Source: an uncultured archaeon (lineage in GTDB: Archaea > Aenigmatarchaeota > Aenigmatarchaeia > CG10238-14 > SCSR01). From it: a stretch of 64,000 nucleotides of DNA. Position 1 is the first letter of the stretch, and every line of letters starts with the position of its first letter. A program made the translations under genes and the position numbers. Location of the stretch: contig CAZYHQ010000001.1 of the NCBI GenBank assembly GCA_964646855.1, positions 3,414 to 67,413 on the forward strand, given 5' to 3'. Shown here in pieces: positions 1-8,982 of this stretch. The notes beneath the pieces are model-generated. The model saw only the letters and a list, made by a program, of their open reading frames with translations. It searched no databases and was not told the DNA's origin.

Positions 1-504
1 GAGAAATTGGAAAAGGTCCACACACCATTCAGCGTTGGAAATTTAGGCACAGCAATCCGTGATGTGTTGAACCATACTGTTACGTTGGCAGAAATTTGCA
101 TTCAAACCGCAGACAGTTTGCAAAAAAATTTTGGATTGAAAGTAAACAAAGATTATTTGATTGCCGGAGCGGTTTTACACGACATAATGAAAGTTATAGA
201 GTGGCAGATGAGTAACGAAGGACCTAAACATACTGGAGTGCTCTTGGATCACTCTATGCTTGGTGTTGCGGAACTTTACAGAAGAGATTTTCCAGAGGGA
301 GTGATTCATATCGTTGCGAGTCACTTTGGCGAGAGTGGACCAACTCCTCCGAGAAATTACGAAGCGTTGATTGTTCACTACATAGATTCCATGCTGTCAA
401 TAGCTGAATTCCAGATCAATGCCGGAAAACAGAATTCCCAACTGCCGATTTTATTTTTGGATGAGGAGACAATTAAAAAAATGGGTGAAAAATCTGAGGA
501 ATGA
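1..504 (+). CDS. HD-domain phosphohydrolase (MptB/HDIG-like), 5'-truncated by window
   Basis: H...LHD...H...SH...D pattern (NHT, VLHDIMK, HSMLG, ASHFG, HYID); frame open from base 1. Confidence 0.8.
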   Translation, partial: EKLEKVHTPFSVGNLGTAIRDVLNHTVTLAEICIQTADSLQKNFGLKVNKDYLIAGAVLHDIMKVIEWQMSNEGPKHTGVLLDHSMLGVAELYRRDFPEGVIHIVASHFGESGPTPPRNYEALIVHYIDSMLSIAEFQINAGKQNSQLPILFLDEETIKKMGEKSEE

Positions 505-1636
505 AATCGTCGAGAAACTTGTCAATGCTGCCGCAGATTATTTGAAAAGAATAAAACCTTCTGACAACGTACTCATCGTGCACGCGCACGACAACGATAG
601 CATCTGCTCTGCCGCGATAATCTACAGGATGATCAGACATCTCTCGGAAAAGGAGCCGAAACTTTTCACGACCGAAAACAATTTTTCTATCACCGAGAGC
701 GACGCAAAAAAAATCCTGAAAACGAAATCTGATTTTATAATCGTACTTGACATTTCTGATGTGCGTGTCGATATTGCAACGCAGCTGACAAAATCAAGCG
801 GGGTGATGATAATCGACCATCACAAGCCGAGGGGGCATGCAAGGATTGTTTATGTGAATCCGAGAATTTACGACAGGGAAATCTATCTGCCGACGACGTA
901 CATAGCCTACAAAATTTACGAGAAGTTTTTGGATCCGACAGGAATTCTGTGGATTGCAGGAGTGGGCACGCTCTCTGACATGGGAATGAAGTATGCCGAA
1001 GATTTATTTTCGAAAATAAGACTTGCAGACAAGGAACTGGTAGGTGACTGCAGGTCTATCGACGAGGAACTCTTCGACAACTCAACGCTCGGGACGCTGG
1101 CGAAAATCATCGGTAGCGCAAGAGACGCGAAAGGTTTGTCTGGAGTAGAACTGGCGATGAAAGTCCTCACCTCCGCGGGCGGCTACAAAGAAATTCTGGA
1201 GAAGAAGTCGAGCGACAGCAAAAAGTTGTTCACTTATTTCGAACTTGTAGAAAAGGAATTTAAGAGAATTGTCGACGACTTCCATAAAAATAAAAAGCAA
1301 ATTAAAAATTTCTTGGTCTACAAAATAAAATCGAAAATGAATATCAAGTCTGCCATAGCAAGCTACCTGCCAAAATTTTTGGACGATAAAATTCTAGTGA
1401 TAATGCTGAAGGAGAAGGAAAAAGATTTTGTTAACGTCAGTTTTCGCAGAGGAAAAAATGTGAATGTGGATTTGGCTAGTCTTGCTGTAGCTTTGGTAAA
1501 GGGTATTCCAAATTCCAACGGCGGAGGGCATCCGCAGGCTGCTGGTGGGGGATTTCCAAAAAAATACATGAAAAGTTTCATGAAAAATCTAACAGAACTT
1601 GCATATTCTAAAAATTTATCACGAGAAGATTTATAG
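485..1636 (+). CDS. DHH/DHHA1 family phosphoesterase (archaeal RecJ-like)
   Basis: HAHDND, LDISD, IIDHH, GTLSD, SFR and GGGHPQAAGG motifs; start uncertain (ATG 461 or GTG 485). Confidence 0.85.
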   Translation: MKNLRNEIVEKLVNAAADYLKRIKPSDNVLIVHAHDNDSICSAAIIYRMIRHLSEKEPKLFTTENNFSITESDAKKILKTKSDFIIVLDISDVRVDIATQLTKSSGVMIIDHHKPRGHARIVYVNPRIYDREIYLPTTYIAYKIYEKFLDPTGILWIAGVGTLSDMGMKYAEDLFSKIRLADKELVGDCRSIDEELFDNSTLGTLAKIIGSARDAKGLSGVELAMKVLTSAGGYKEILEKKSSDSKKLFTYFELVEKEFKRIVDDFHKNKKQIKNFLVYKIKSKMNIKSAIASYLPKFLDDKILVIMLKEKEKDFVNVSFRRGKNVNVDLASLAVALVKGIPNSNGGGHPQAAGGGFPKKYMKSFMKNLTELAYSKNLSREDL

Positions 1637-1657
1637 TTACAACGATAACTAAAAATT

Positions 1658-2065
1658 ATGACTGAGGGCATGGATCAAGAAGAGATTAGAATAGGTAATT
1701 CAAGAACTTTCTTAATAAGTTCAGTTACAGCTTTTATATTTATTGTTACATTTACGTCAGCTTATCAAACTAATATTGAATCTGTAATAATACAAACAGT
1801 CTCAGTTTTTTGGGCTTTATCAGTATTAACTAATTTTACATCCACTATAATAGCTGTCGATTTTTTCGATAAAAAATCAATTGTTTATAGAAGAAGATTA
1901 AAATATGCTTATAATTCTGGATTTATTATATTCCAATCGGCGTTTTTAATGACGTTCGGTATAATTTTTCCTATATACTGGACTGCGATACTAGCTCTCA
2001 GTATTTTGCTGGTTATGGCTACAGTAATTTTTTTGGCCAAGTACAAGTTACAAAAGATAGAATAA
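1658..2065 (+). CDS. hypothetical membrane protein (~4 TM), AT-rich
   Basis: four hydrophobic segments; visibly lower GC than flanks. Confidence 0.65.
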   Translation: MTEGMDQEEIRIGNSRTFLISSVTAFIFIVTFTSAYQTNIESVIIQTVSVFWALSVLTNFTSTIIAVDFFDKKSIVYRRRLKYAYNSGFIIFQSAFLMTFGIIFPIYWTAILALSILLVMATVIFLAKYKLQKIE

Positions 2066-2118
2066 TTTACCAGTCGATGAAATTTTCTGCCCGTATGAGA
2101 CATGCAAAAAATCATTTC

Positions 2119-2832
2119 TTATATTGTTCCTAATGGAAAATGGAATTTTATAGTTTTTAGAACAATTTTAATAAAATCTAGAATATTCCATTCTAATTTT
2201 TTATAATCTGTACTGCCAAAGGGCGTGTGAGAAGAAAGTCCAAAATACGTTGTGAATTTCGAACCAATGTCAATAAGTTCTAATTTGTGTATGAAACCAC
2301 TCCTATACTGATCGTAAAAATTTTGTAGATAATCTTCAAATAAATTTTTTAAGAAACTTATTTTCTCTTCATCTAAAGTTTGATTTCGCATGAGAGATGC
2401 GTAATTGTGGATTACAAAATCTGGGAATGGTAAGATATCTTTTTCAAAGGATTCCATAACAGTTGTGACAAAATTTCGTCTACTGCCATATTTTTTTAAA
2501 TATTCTTCTTTAAGATTTTCCAAAATTGTTTGTAGTTCCTGATTACTTTTATTTGCGATTGTTTCTAATTTTTCATCAAGTAACCAATCAATCATTTGTT
2601 TGAACTCACTACCTTGTTTGTGATTTGAAATGCCTTCTACAATAGAACATAGAATCAAATATGTTGCTTCAGGAAAACGCATATCGATATGTTTGGTTGC
2701 ATAATTAAAAATGTATGATAATTTTTTAAAAAAAATATCGGATTTAATTCCTTGTCGTTCCAAAACTTTCACATACTCTTCAAATTCTTGTTTTATTTTT
2801 TCAAGTTCTTTTTCAAATCTTTCACGAGACAT
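2119..2832 (-). CDS. putative HEPN-domain protein
   Basis: RSGFIH = Rx4H motif near C-terminus, upstream helix YLILCSIVEGIS typical of ApeA-like HEPN; helical, AT-rich; TATA-like box ~25 nt upstream. Confidence 0.55.
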   Translation of the reverse strand: MSRERFEKELEKIKQEFEEYVKVLERQGIKSDIFFKKLSYIFNYATKHIDMRFPEATYLILCSIVEGISNHKQGSEFKQMIDWLLDEKLETIANKSNQELQTILENLKEEYLKKYGSRRNFVTTVMESFEKDILPFPDFVIHNYASLMRNQTLDEEKISFLKNLFEDYLQNFYDQYRSGFIHKLELIDIGSKFTTYFGLSSHTPFGSTDYKKLEWNILDFIKIVLKTIKFHFPLGTI

Positions 2833-2949
2833 GTATGTTTAAAAAGAAAATATAACTTTATAAGTTTTTGAGTCCTTATTGTTTGCTAATTTCAAAACGA
2901 AATGAACTCCCCCAAAAGCCAGGTATACCTTCTGCGGTAAATTAGTTTT

Positions 2950-3141
2950 ATGAGTATGCAATGCTTCCGATGCAAATCCAACCGCATAATGCGCTTTGTC
3001 GACGGTTTTGGAGAGAAAAGGATGTTCTGCAGGACGTGCTCAGGGAGCTTTCCCGAAAGGAGCGTGAAACTTTTAAACGAGCAGCAGAACCTGAACAGGT
3101 TTACAAAGGAGATGCACCAGAAACTTGGGTTCCACAACTAA
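2950..3141 (+). CDS. small Zn-ribbon protein
   Basis: CFRC...CRTC in 63 aa. Confidence 0.7.
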   Translation: MSMQCFRCKSNRIMRFVDGFGEKRMFCRTCSGSFPERSVKLLNEQQNLNRFTKEMHQKLGFHN

Positions 3142-3156
3142 TGGTTTAGTGATTTT

Positions 3157-3294
3157 ATGCAAGAGACAACAGCAGCAGACATAGCGATAGTCAGAGATCG
3201 TGGGGTAGAAAAATTACGCGTCAGTTTGCTGAAGGACAATCAGATGATAGGGTTTTTACGGCCGTTGAAACCCAAGCCGAAAATATTTAAGTGA
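3157..3294 (+). CDS. small hypothetical protein (45 aa, below ORF-track cutoff)
   Basis: MQETTAADIAIVRDRGVEKLRVSLLKDNQMIGFLRPLKPKPKIFK; AGTGA SD-like element just upstream. Confidence 0.5.
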   Translation: MQETTAADIAIVRDRGVEKLRVSLLKDNQMIGFLRPLKPKPKIFK

Positions 3295-3307
3295 TTTTTT
3301 TACTTTT

Positions 3308-3367
3308 GAGGAGAGGCGGCAGCCCCTTCGGATCTATCCGACTGCTACTTTTTCCAGCCCTCTCCTT
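3308..3367. other. GC-rich nested stem-loop between convergent genes
   Basis: AGGAGAGG/CCTCTCCT outer stem, GCAG/CTGC middle stem, TCGGA-TCTA-TCCGA inner hairpin; T-tracts on both sides. Confidence 0.5.
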
Positions 3368-3386
3368 GAAAGGATTTTTTAAATTT

Positions 3387-3839
3387 TTATTCAATCGTAG
3401 GTCGAAAATCTTCTTTTTGTATATTCAGCACAAGTAAGGTTTCTGTCCTTGCAATACCTTTTCTTTTTTGCAACTCTCGCACGAAACTGCTGAGCTCTTC
3501 AATATTTCTAAATCTGGCTATTACAAATATGTCGACTCTGCCAGCTACAGAATAAACAGAACAAACGTTAGGTAATGTAGAAAGATACTTGTCGATTGTA
3601 GTGGTTTTAATAGTTGTGCCAGTAATTTCTATTACAACAGTCAGCGGATAGCCAACTTTAATCGGATTGATAAAAGCGGAGTAATTCTCTATAACACCTT
3701 CCGACTCCAATCTGTTCAACCTTTCTATAGCTGTGCTGACGGAAACTCCAAGTCGTCTTGCCAACTCACGATAAGATAAGCGTGAGTCGTCGACAATAAT
3801 CTGCACAATTTTTTTATCGAGTTCATCGAATTCCAACAT
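3387..3839 (-). CDS. Lrp/AsnC family transcriptional regulator
   Basis: DELDKKIV..DSRLSYRELARRLGVS..RLNRLESEGVI HTH plus RAM domain; start trimmed to ATG 3839. Confidence 0.93.
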   Translation of the reverse strand: MLEFDELDKKIVQIIVDDSRLSYRELARRLGVSVSTAIERLNRLESEGVIENYSAFINPIKVGYPLTVVIEITGTTIKTTTIDKYLSTLPNVCSVYSVAGRVDIFVIARFRNIEELSSFVRELQKRKGIARTETLLVLNIQKEDFRPTIE

Positions 3840-3966
3840 TTGTTCGCCTTTGTCTCTTTCCAAATTACGATTGTCTGATAGTGTTCGATTTTTCCTACTA
3901 ATTTTGAACATATGTATAATTTTTATATCCACAATGTATTTATATGTTCTTATTGATAGCTCAATT

Positions 3967-4161
3967 ATGAACAAATGGAATACTCTAAATCGCAGCAAAA
4001 CTAGCATGAGGGACGCAGAGAACCTCAGCAGGAAATTAAGCGACAGAAGATACGTCGCCGACAGCGCCAGTTTCACTTGCCCGTCATGCGAGTCGAAAGT
4101 GGGCATGAAAGACCTGATCGAAAGGAAAGGAAGTTTCGGCTGCGTCAACTGCGTAAGGTAA
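3967..4161 (+). CDS. small Zn-ribbon protein
   Basis: CPSC...CVNC; ATG 3967 about 25 nt after TTTATA. Confidence 0.65.
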   Translation: MNKWNTLNRSKTSMRDAENLSRKLSDRRYVADSASFTCPSCESKVGMKDLIERKGSFGCVNCVR

Positions 4162-4816
4162 GAACTACGAACAAATGGAATTTTTCATAGGGGTCCAACT
4201 CCACTTTGTCCAGAATTTTAAAATGTTTCTCCAGTTTTTCTAGTGCTTGTTTGTAGACCTGTGCAGGTTCTTTCGTTACGTCGATGCTCTGCGACTTGAT
4301 TGCAATCATCGCGTATCCACCTGCTTTCAGGAATTTTTCGCAATTGCGGATTAGAATCTCGATCTGGTCTGGGCTGGCGACATCCTCGTAAACCAAATCA
4401 ACCTTTTCCAAAATCTGATTTTCGTACTCCTCCGGCTTTCGCGTGTCGGCGAGTATAGGAATTATGTTGCCTCTTTTTTCGGCAACGGGAATCAGTTCCC
4501 TCAAAACCCGCTCAGAAATTTCTATCCCGTAAATTATTCCGCTTTTGCCGATTATGTCGGAAAAATGCGATGCTGTCGTGCCCGACGCGATTCCTAAATA
4601 CAATATCTTCATTCCGGCGGACAGCGGGAAATTTTTCAACCCTTTTTTAATTGCTGCTGCTGGCTTGCTTCTGTAGTGGTCCCATGTTCTGTACTCGGTT
4701 TTGTTGTCTTTGAGTAAATCTTCTCCGTAAACTTTTTCGCCTGAAACAAGATTTTTTGTCGCGAGCTTGCTACCAATTAGAAAAACATTTTCAAACTTGG
4801 ATTTTTTAATTTGCAT
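4145..4816 (-). CDS. flpA: fibrillarin-like rRNA/tRNA 2'-O-methyltransferase
   Basis: VYGE, YRTW..YRSK, LYLGIASGTTASH, NIIPILAD motifs; adjacent to nop5. Confidence 0.97.
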   Translation of the reverse strand: MQIKKSKFENVFLIGSKLATKNLVSGEKVYGEDLLKDNKTEYRTWDHYRSKPAAAIKKGLKNFPLSAGMKILYLGIASGTTASHFSDIIGKSGIIYGIEISERVLRELIPVAEKRGNIIPILADTRKPEEYENQILEKVDLVYEDVASPDQIEILIRNCEKFLKAGGYAMIAIKSQSIDVTKEPAQVYKQALEKLEKHFKILDKVELDPYEKFHLFVVLTLRS

Positions 4817-4820
4817 AAAA

Positions 4821-5894
4821 TTACTTAGAACTTAGTATTTCTTTAACTCTTGCCTGGAGCTCTATTTTCATCTTGTCCGCCTTGTATTCCTTGCCGTAGT
4901 AGTCCAGTTTGGCTGCAATGGAAAGTTTTGACGCGAGCACTCTGGCTATTCTTCCCTTCAGTTTTTCTGGGGCGTTCTGCACAAGAGGATGGTTGTACAG
5001 GATTCCGAATCGTGGAGACTTGCCTTGACCGTGCAAAAATCTGAACAGGGCTTTCTCTGCACCTAACAACTGTATTGTTGAAGAGGGCATTCGCGAAATT
5101 TTGTCGAGTCCTCCAGAATGCGCAATCATTTTTGCGGCAAGTGAGGAACCTGCAATAGAAGTGAAGTTTGGTGCAACGCCTTGCAACAAATTATCCAAAT
5201 ATTTTGAAAGCATTTCACGAAGCTCGTACATCTTTACGAGCTCTGATGCAAGTAGCTGCATTGCTTTGACGTCCTCTTCACCGAAATCTGCTCCAATACT
5301 TTTTTCCTTAATCAAATTCAATTCAGGATCTTCTACGTTTTTCCTTTGACCGAATTTTTCAACGAGTTTAACAAATTTTTCATGCGAACTGACTGCACGC
5401 TCCATCTCTGGAAAATGCAAACCGTACCATTCGCGCAAACGCTCGACAAAAATATTTATCGATTTGTCCAGCTCTTCCATCGTTCCGTTAACCTGGGAAA
5501 TCAGACTGTCTCTGCCGACTGCCGACTTGATCTTCACTTTGGCGAGCTCGATGTTGACTTTTGAAAACAGTTGGTTGAACTCTGCTTGATCTTTAATAAT
5601 TTTGTAATCAACAGCCAGCTTTCGCAGATTTTCTTTTACAAAAATTTCAGCCGGGGTGTTGGGCTCTACATGCTTTACTCCTGGCTTTCTGTAGCCGTAA
5701 ATGAATGTTCTGAACTTTTTTCTTCCAAGCTCGTCCCTTACCTGCTTCTCTTCTTCAATCAGCTCGAGCTCTGACTTCTTGAGTTTCTCCGCCGCCTTCG
5801 CTGGATCTCTGGGCAACTGCCTGAACGCCAAAACTTTATTGTCCTCGTCTACCCCGAAAACTCCGACAAAAGTCGTGACAATGTAAGCTTTCAT
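4821..5894 (-). CDS. nop5: C/D box RNP protein Nop5 (Nop56/58)
   Basis: ERLREWYGLHFPE, APN, PSSTIQLLGAEKALF, KLSIAAKLD. Confidence 0.96.
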   Translation of the reverse strand: MKAYIVTTFVGVFGVDEDNKVLAFRQLPRDPAKAAEKLKKSELELIEEEKQVRDELGRKKFRTFIYGYRKPGVKHVEPNTPAEIFVKENLRKLAVDYKIIKDQAEFNQLFSKVNIELAKVKIKSAVGRDSLISQVNGTMEELDKSINIFVERLREWYGLHFPEMERAVSSHEKFVKLVEKFGQRKNVEDPELNLIKEKSIGADFGEEDVKAMQLLASELVKMYELREMLSKYLDNLLQGVAPNFTSIAGSSLAAKMIAHSGGLDKISRMPSSTIQLLGAEKALFRFLHGQGKSPRFGILYNHPLVQNAPEKLKGRIARVLASKLSIAAKLDYYGKEYKADKMKIELQARVKEILSSK

Positions 5895-5933
5895 AGATTT
5901 TTATTTATACTAGTAAACTTTAAATGTGACAAA
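5895..5933. promoter_or_regulatory. overlapping divergent TATA-box promoters (probably leaderless)
   Basis: TTTATA 5904-5909 is ~25 nt before ATG 5934; TTTAAA 5919-5924 is ~25 nt before nop5 ATG 5894 on the minus strand. Confidence 0.55.
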
Positions 5934-6173
5934 ATGGCAGAGGTAAACCTGGTTTCTGTCGGCATCATGGCGGTTTTGATAGGCGTGGTTTTAATTTTCG
6001 CAGGCATTATGCAGCAATCAAAGGGTAAAACGAAAGTCGAAGGCGGAGGTGTAATCTTCATTGGGCCGATACCGATTATTGGTGCTACAAGCGAACGGGC
6101 ACTTTACTTCGTGATTGCGCTGGCTGTAATCTTTTTATTAATCTCCGTTGTACTAAATTTAGTTGGTAGGTAG
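5934..6173 (+). CDS. DUF131/TIGR00304 family small membrane protein
   Basis: GGGVIFIGPIPII signature between two TM helices. Confidence 0.85.
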   Translation: MAEVNLVSVGIMAVLIGVVLIFAGIMQQSKGKTKVEGGGVIFIGPIPIIGATSERALYFVIALAVIFLLISVVLNLVGR

Positions 6174-6174
6174 A

Positions 6175-7017
6175 ATGTCTTTCATAAGAACTGCAGCTTT
6201 GTTGGGGTTGTTGACCGGCATACTGCTTGCAATAGGTTTCTTTTGGTCGGGCGTAGCTGGTATGACGCTTTTCTTAGGAATCGCGCTTGTAATTAATTTT
6301 TTGTCATACTGGTTTTCAGACAGGATTGTACTTGCAATGTACAGAGCAAAACAAATTTCAAAAAGTGATGAGCCGAAATTGCATGAAATTGTGGAAAAAC
6401 TTTCGAAGGAAGCTGGCATACCAAAGCCGAGATTGTACAAAGTTAGTTTGCCTGTGCTGAATGCGTTCGCAACCGGTAGAAATCCTAATCATGCCGCAGT
6501 TGCGGTAACAGACGGTTTAATGAAACATTTAGAGTGGAATGAAATTGAAGGCGTGCTTGCTCACGAATTATCCCATGTAAAAAACAGGGACACTCTAACT
6601 TCTACGCTTGCTGCAACTGTGGCCGGAGCGATTGCATGGATAGCACAGATTGCGTGGTGGAGTTTGTTTACTGGCGGTGGCAGAAGGCAAGGTGGAAGTA
6701 TGATCTTTCTGCCGTTGCTGTTGCTAGCGCCATTCGCAGCAACTTTGATACAGCTTGCAATAAGCCGTACAAGGGAATATTCCGCTGATAAAACTGGTGC
6801 TCTGCTTTCTGGAAAGCCGTTAAGTCTTGCCACTGCTTTACAGAAAATTTCAAATGTTGCAAAACAGCATCCTATACATGGAAATTCTGCAACGAGCCAT
6901 TTGTTCATAGTGAACCCGTTCAAAGCCGATGGTTTTGTGCACCTCTTCATGACTCATCCTCCAGTAGAAGCCCGCGTACAAAGATTGAAAGAAATAGCTA
7001 AAGAATTAAAGAAGTAA
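6175..7017 (+). CDS. htpX: zinc metalloprotease HtpX
   Basis: NAFATGRNP, AHELSH, AISRTREYSAD, THPP. Confidence 0.96.
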   Translation: MSFIRTAALLGLLTGILLAIGFFWSGVAGMTLFLGIALVINFLSYWFSDRIVLAMYRAKQISKSDEPKLHEIVEKLSKEAGIPKPRLYKVSLPVLNAFATGRNPNHAAVAVTDGLMKHLEWNEIEGVLAHELSHVKNRDTLTSTLAATVAGAIAWIAQIAWWSLFTGGGRRQGGSMIFLPLLLLAPFAATLIQLAISRTREYSADKTGALLSGKPLSLATALQKISNVAKQHPIHGNSATSHLFIVNPFKADGFVHLFMTHPPVEARVQRLKEIAKELKK

Positions 7018-7026
7018 TTAATTCTT

Positions 7027-7767
7027 ATGAAGCGCGGAGGGTTGGCACTCCTGATTTCAAAAAATGAAAGTTACGTTACAAGTTTTGATAAAGATTTTCA
7101 CACTAAAGACGGTGTACTCTATGCGAAGTATCTGCGCAAGAAAAAATTCGGTGAAAAAATAAAAACTCATCTTGGAAAAGAATTTCTAATTGTTAAACCC
7201 ACCATTGCAGACATAATCGAGAAAAAAATCAAAAGAACAGCGCAAGTTATTTTGCCGAAAGATGCCGCATTAATTCTTGCTTATACCGGTGTAAATTCGG
7301 ATGCCGTGGTAGTCGATGCTGGAACGGGAAGCGGTTATCTTGCAATTTTTCTCGCAAACTTTTTGAGCAAAGGCAGGATCATAACTTACGAAAATAGAAA
7401 AGAATTTTTTGAAACTGCAAAACAGAATATAAAATCTTCAGGGCTGAAAAATATTTTTGTCAAGCAAAAAGACGTCAGCAAAGGTATAGCTGAAAGAAAT
7501 GTTGACTTGATAACGTTAGATTTGCAAAACGCCAGGGCTGTCGTAAGGCATGCACACAAATCACTGAGGGTTGGTGGGTGGCTGGTGGTCTACTCGCCGA
7601 CTGTGGAGCATTTGACATCTGTTTTGAAGGATGTAAATAGGAAAGGTTTTAGCCAAATAAAAACCGTAGAAAATATTGTTAGGGAGTGGCAAGTCGAAAG
7701 AACGACGCGCCCAAAAACCATAGGGCTGATGCACACTGGCTGGTTAACATTTGCGAGAAAATTGTGA
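7027..7767 (+). CDS. trmI: tRNA (adenine57/58-N1)-methyltransferase (Gcd14 family)
   Basis: QVILPKD, DAGTGSG, LDL, YSPTVE, HTGWLTFARK. Confidence 0.92.
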   Translation: MKRGGLALLISKNESYVTSFDKDFHTKDGVLYAKYLRKKKFGEKIKTHLGKEFLIVKPTIADIIEKKIKRTAQVILPKDAALILAYTGVNSDAVVVDAGTGSGYLAIFLANFLSKGRIITYENRKEFFETAKQNIKSSGLKNIFVKQKDVSKGIAERNVDLITLDLQNARAVVRHAHKSLRVGGWLVVYSPTVEHLTSVLKDVNRKGFSQIKTVENIVREWQVERTTRPKTIGLMHTGWLTFARKL

Positions 7768-7771
7768 TTAG

Positions 7772-8383
7772 ATGATTGAAGACAAAGTTAAAAAAATGCA
7801 GGAAGTTCCACCAGAAGAACCTGCTGGACCACAGCCGTACATAAGTCCAGAAATGATACACACGGCTTTCCATGCGCTAGAAACAAAAGGAATGATTTAT
7901 TATTCCGAGGGCGGTGTTTACGTGCCAACCGAAAAGGGCTGGAAGCTTTTGATGAGCATAAGCGGGAATAGAGAAGAGATAACAGCTTACGGTAACGAAA
8001 CAGTAATTGCTACTAACAAAAACTGTTTCGCAATTATTCGAGGTAGTGAAATCAAAACCGATAAGGATTCTATTATCGCTGTAGGTGCAAACAAGTCTGC
8101 TGCTGAATTAAATCCGGAATTTATACGCTCATTGAAAGACAGCAGTAAAAAAATAGAAATGATAATTGAAGCTGATGGTATTGAGGATGTTGTAACTGCC
8201 TACAGTTCACCTGCGCTCAAGCTGAACAACGACAAAGCAGTTGTTGTAAGAAAAGACGACGTTATTGATGGAAGAGTTATTGCAATACTTGCCGATAAGT
8301 CTGCCGCTGATCTTAAAAAAGATTTGACTGAGAAATTAAAGAATCCTAAGACAAAAGTAAAAATAACTTTGGAAATAAAGTAG
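7772..8383 (+). CDS. DUF371-domain protein with N-terminal winged-helix-like extension
   Basis: IIAVGANKSAAEL, VVRK, ADKSAADL repeats typical of DUF371; LETKGMI..VPTEKG wing. Confidence 0.65.
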   Translation: MIEDKVKKMQEVPPEEPAGPQPYISPEMIHTAFHALETKGMIYYSEGGVYVPTEKGWKLLMSISGNREEITAYGNETVIATNKNCFAIIRGSEIKTDKDSIIAVGANKSAAELNPEFIRSLKDSSKKIEMIIEADGIEDVVTAYSSPALKLNNDKAVVVRKDDVIDGRVIAILADKSAADLKKDLTEKLKNPKTKVKITLEIK

Positions 8384-8390
8384 TGGTCGC

Positions 8391-8465
8391 GGGGTTGTAG
8401 TATAGCTTGGTCTAGTACCCGCGCCTCGGGCGTGCGGAACCTGGGTTCAAATCCCAGCAACCCCA
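8391..8465 (+). tRNA. tRNA-Pro (anticodon CGG), no intron, CCA not encoded
   Basis: GGGGTTG/CAACCCC acceptor stem, CGCGC-CTCGGGC-GTGCG anticodon arm, CTGGG-TTCAAAT-CCCAG T arm. Confidence 0.96.
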
Positions 8466-8508
8466 TGGTTTTTTACATCCTCACTCATAAAATTACTATT
8501 AAGATTCT

Positions 8509-8982
8509 ATGAGAATTACGAAAGGTTTTGCCGTAAAAATTTTAGTGATAACATTTTTTGCACTATCGATGGGTTACCTTGAAGCTGTTGTTGTAGTCTA
8601 CTTGAGGGACGCACTTGGCGTAACAGCTACGCAACCCAACACACAAATAGTAATCTCTGATACTGTCTTGCTGATTGAACAATTTAGAGAAGCTGCAACA
8701 ATTATCATGTTGATTGCTGTTGGCTGGTTGTATGGTAAAACGCTTAAGGAAAGGTTTGCAGCGTTCGTTTGGTGTTTTGCTCTTTGGGATCTGTTTTATT
8801 ACGTAAGTTTGTATTTTCTAGTTTCTTGGCCGTTATCAGTGATGGATATTGATCTTTTGTTTTTAATACCAGTCCCTTGGGTTGCTCCTGTGATTGTTCC
8901 TGTTGTGATTTCGGCTGTTGCATTAATTGTTTCTGGATACTTTTTGTTCAAGGAAAACAAACGTTCATTCAAACGAGATTAA
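8509..8982 (+). CDS. conserved hypothetical membrane protein
   Basis: 4-5 TM; YLEAVVVVYLR, EQFREAAT, WDLFYY, PVPW. Confidence 0.75.
   Translation: MRITKGFAVKILVITFFALSMGYLEAVVVVYLRDALGVTATQPNTQIVISDTVLLIEQFREAATIIMLIAVGWLYGKTLKERFAAFVWCFALWDLFYYVSLYFLVSWPLSVMDIDLLFLIPVPWVAPVIVPVVISAVALIVSGYFLFKENKRSFKRD

Noticed and set aside
1620..2829. 8-bp direct repeat TCACGAGA near both ends of the AT-rich islet
   Set aside because: Short, inside coding sequence and excludes the HEPN gene start; likely chance
3840..4148. Long N-terminal extension of the Lrp ORF (likewise the extensions of kae1, hjc, PAP2, rfbF and the thymidylyltransferase in the ORF track)
   Set aside because: They overlap neighbouring genes or promoters; family homology starts at downstream start codons
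8200..8466. 88-aa minus-strand ORF
   Set aside because: Antisense shadow of tRNA-Pro and the DUF371 gene
8466..8982. Integrative element at tRNA-Pro
   Set aside because: No integrase, and I saw no duplicated tRNA 3' end in the window
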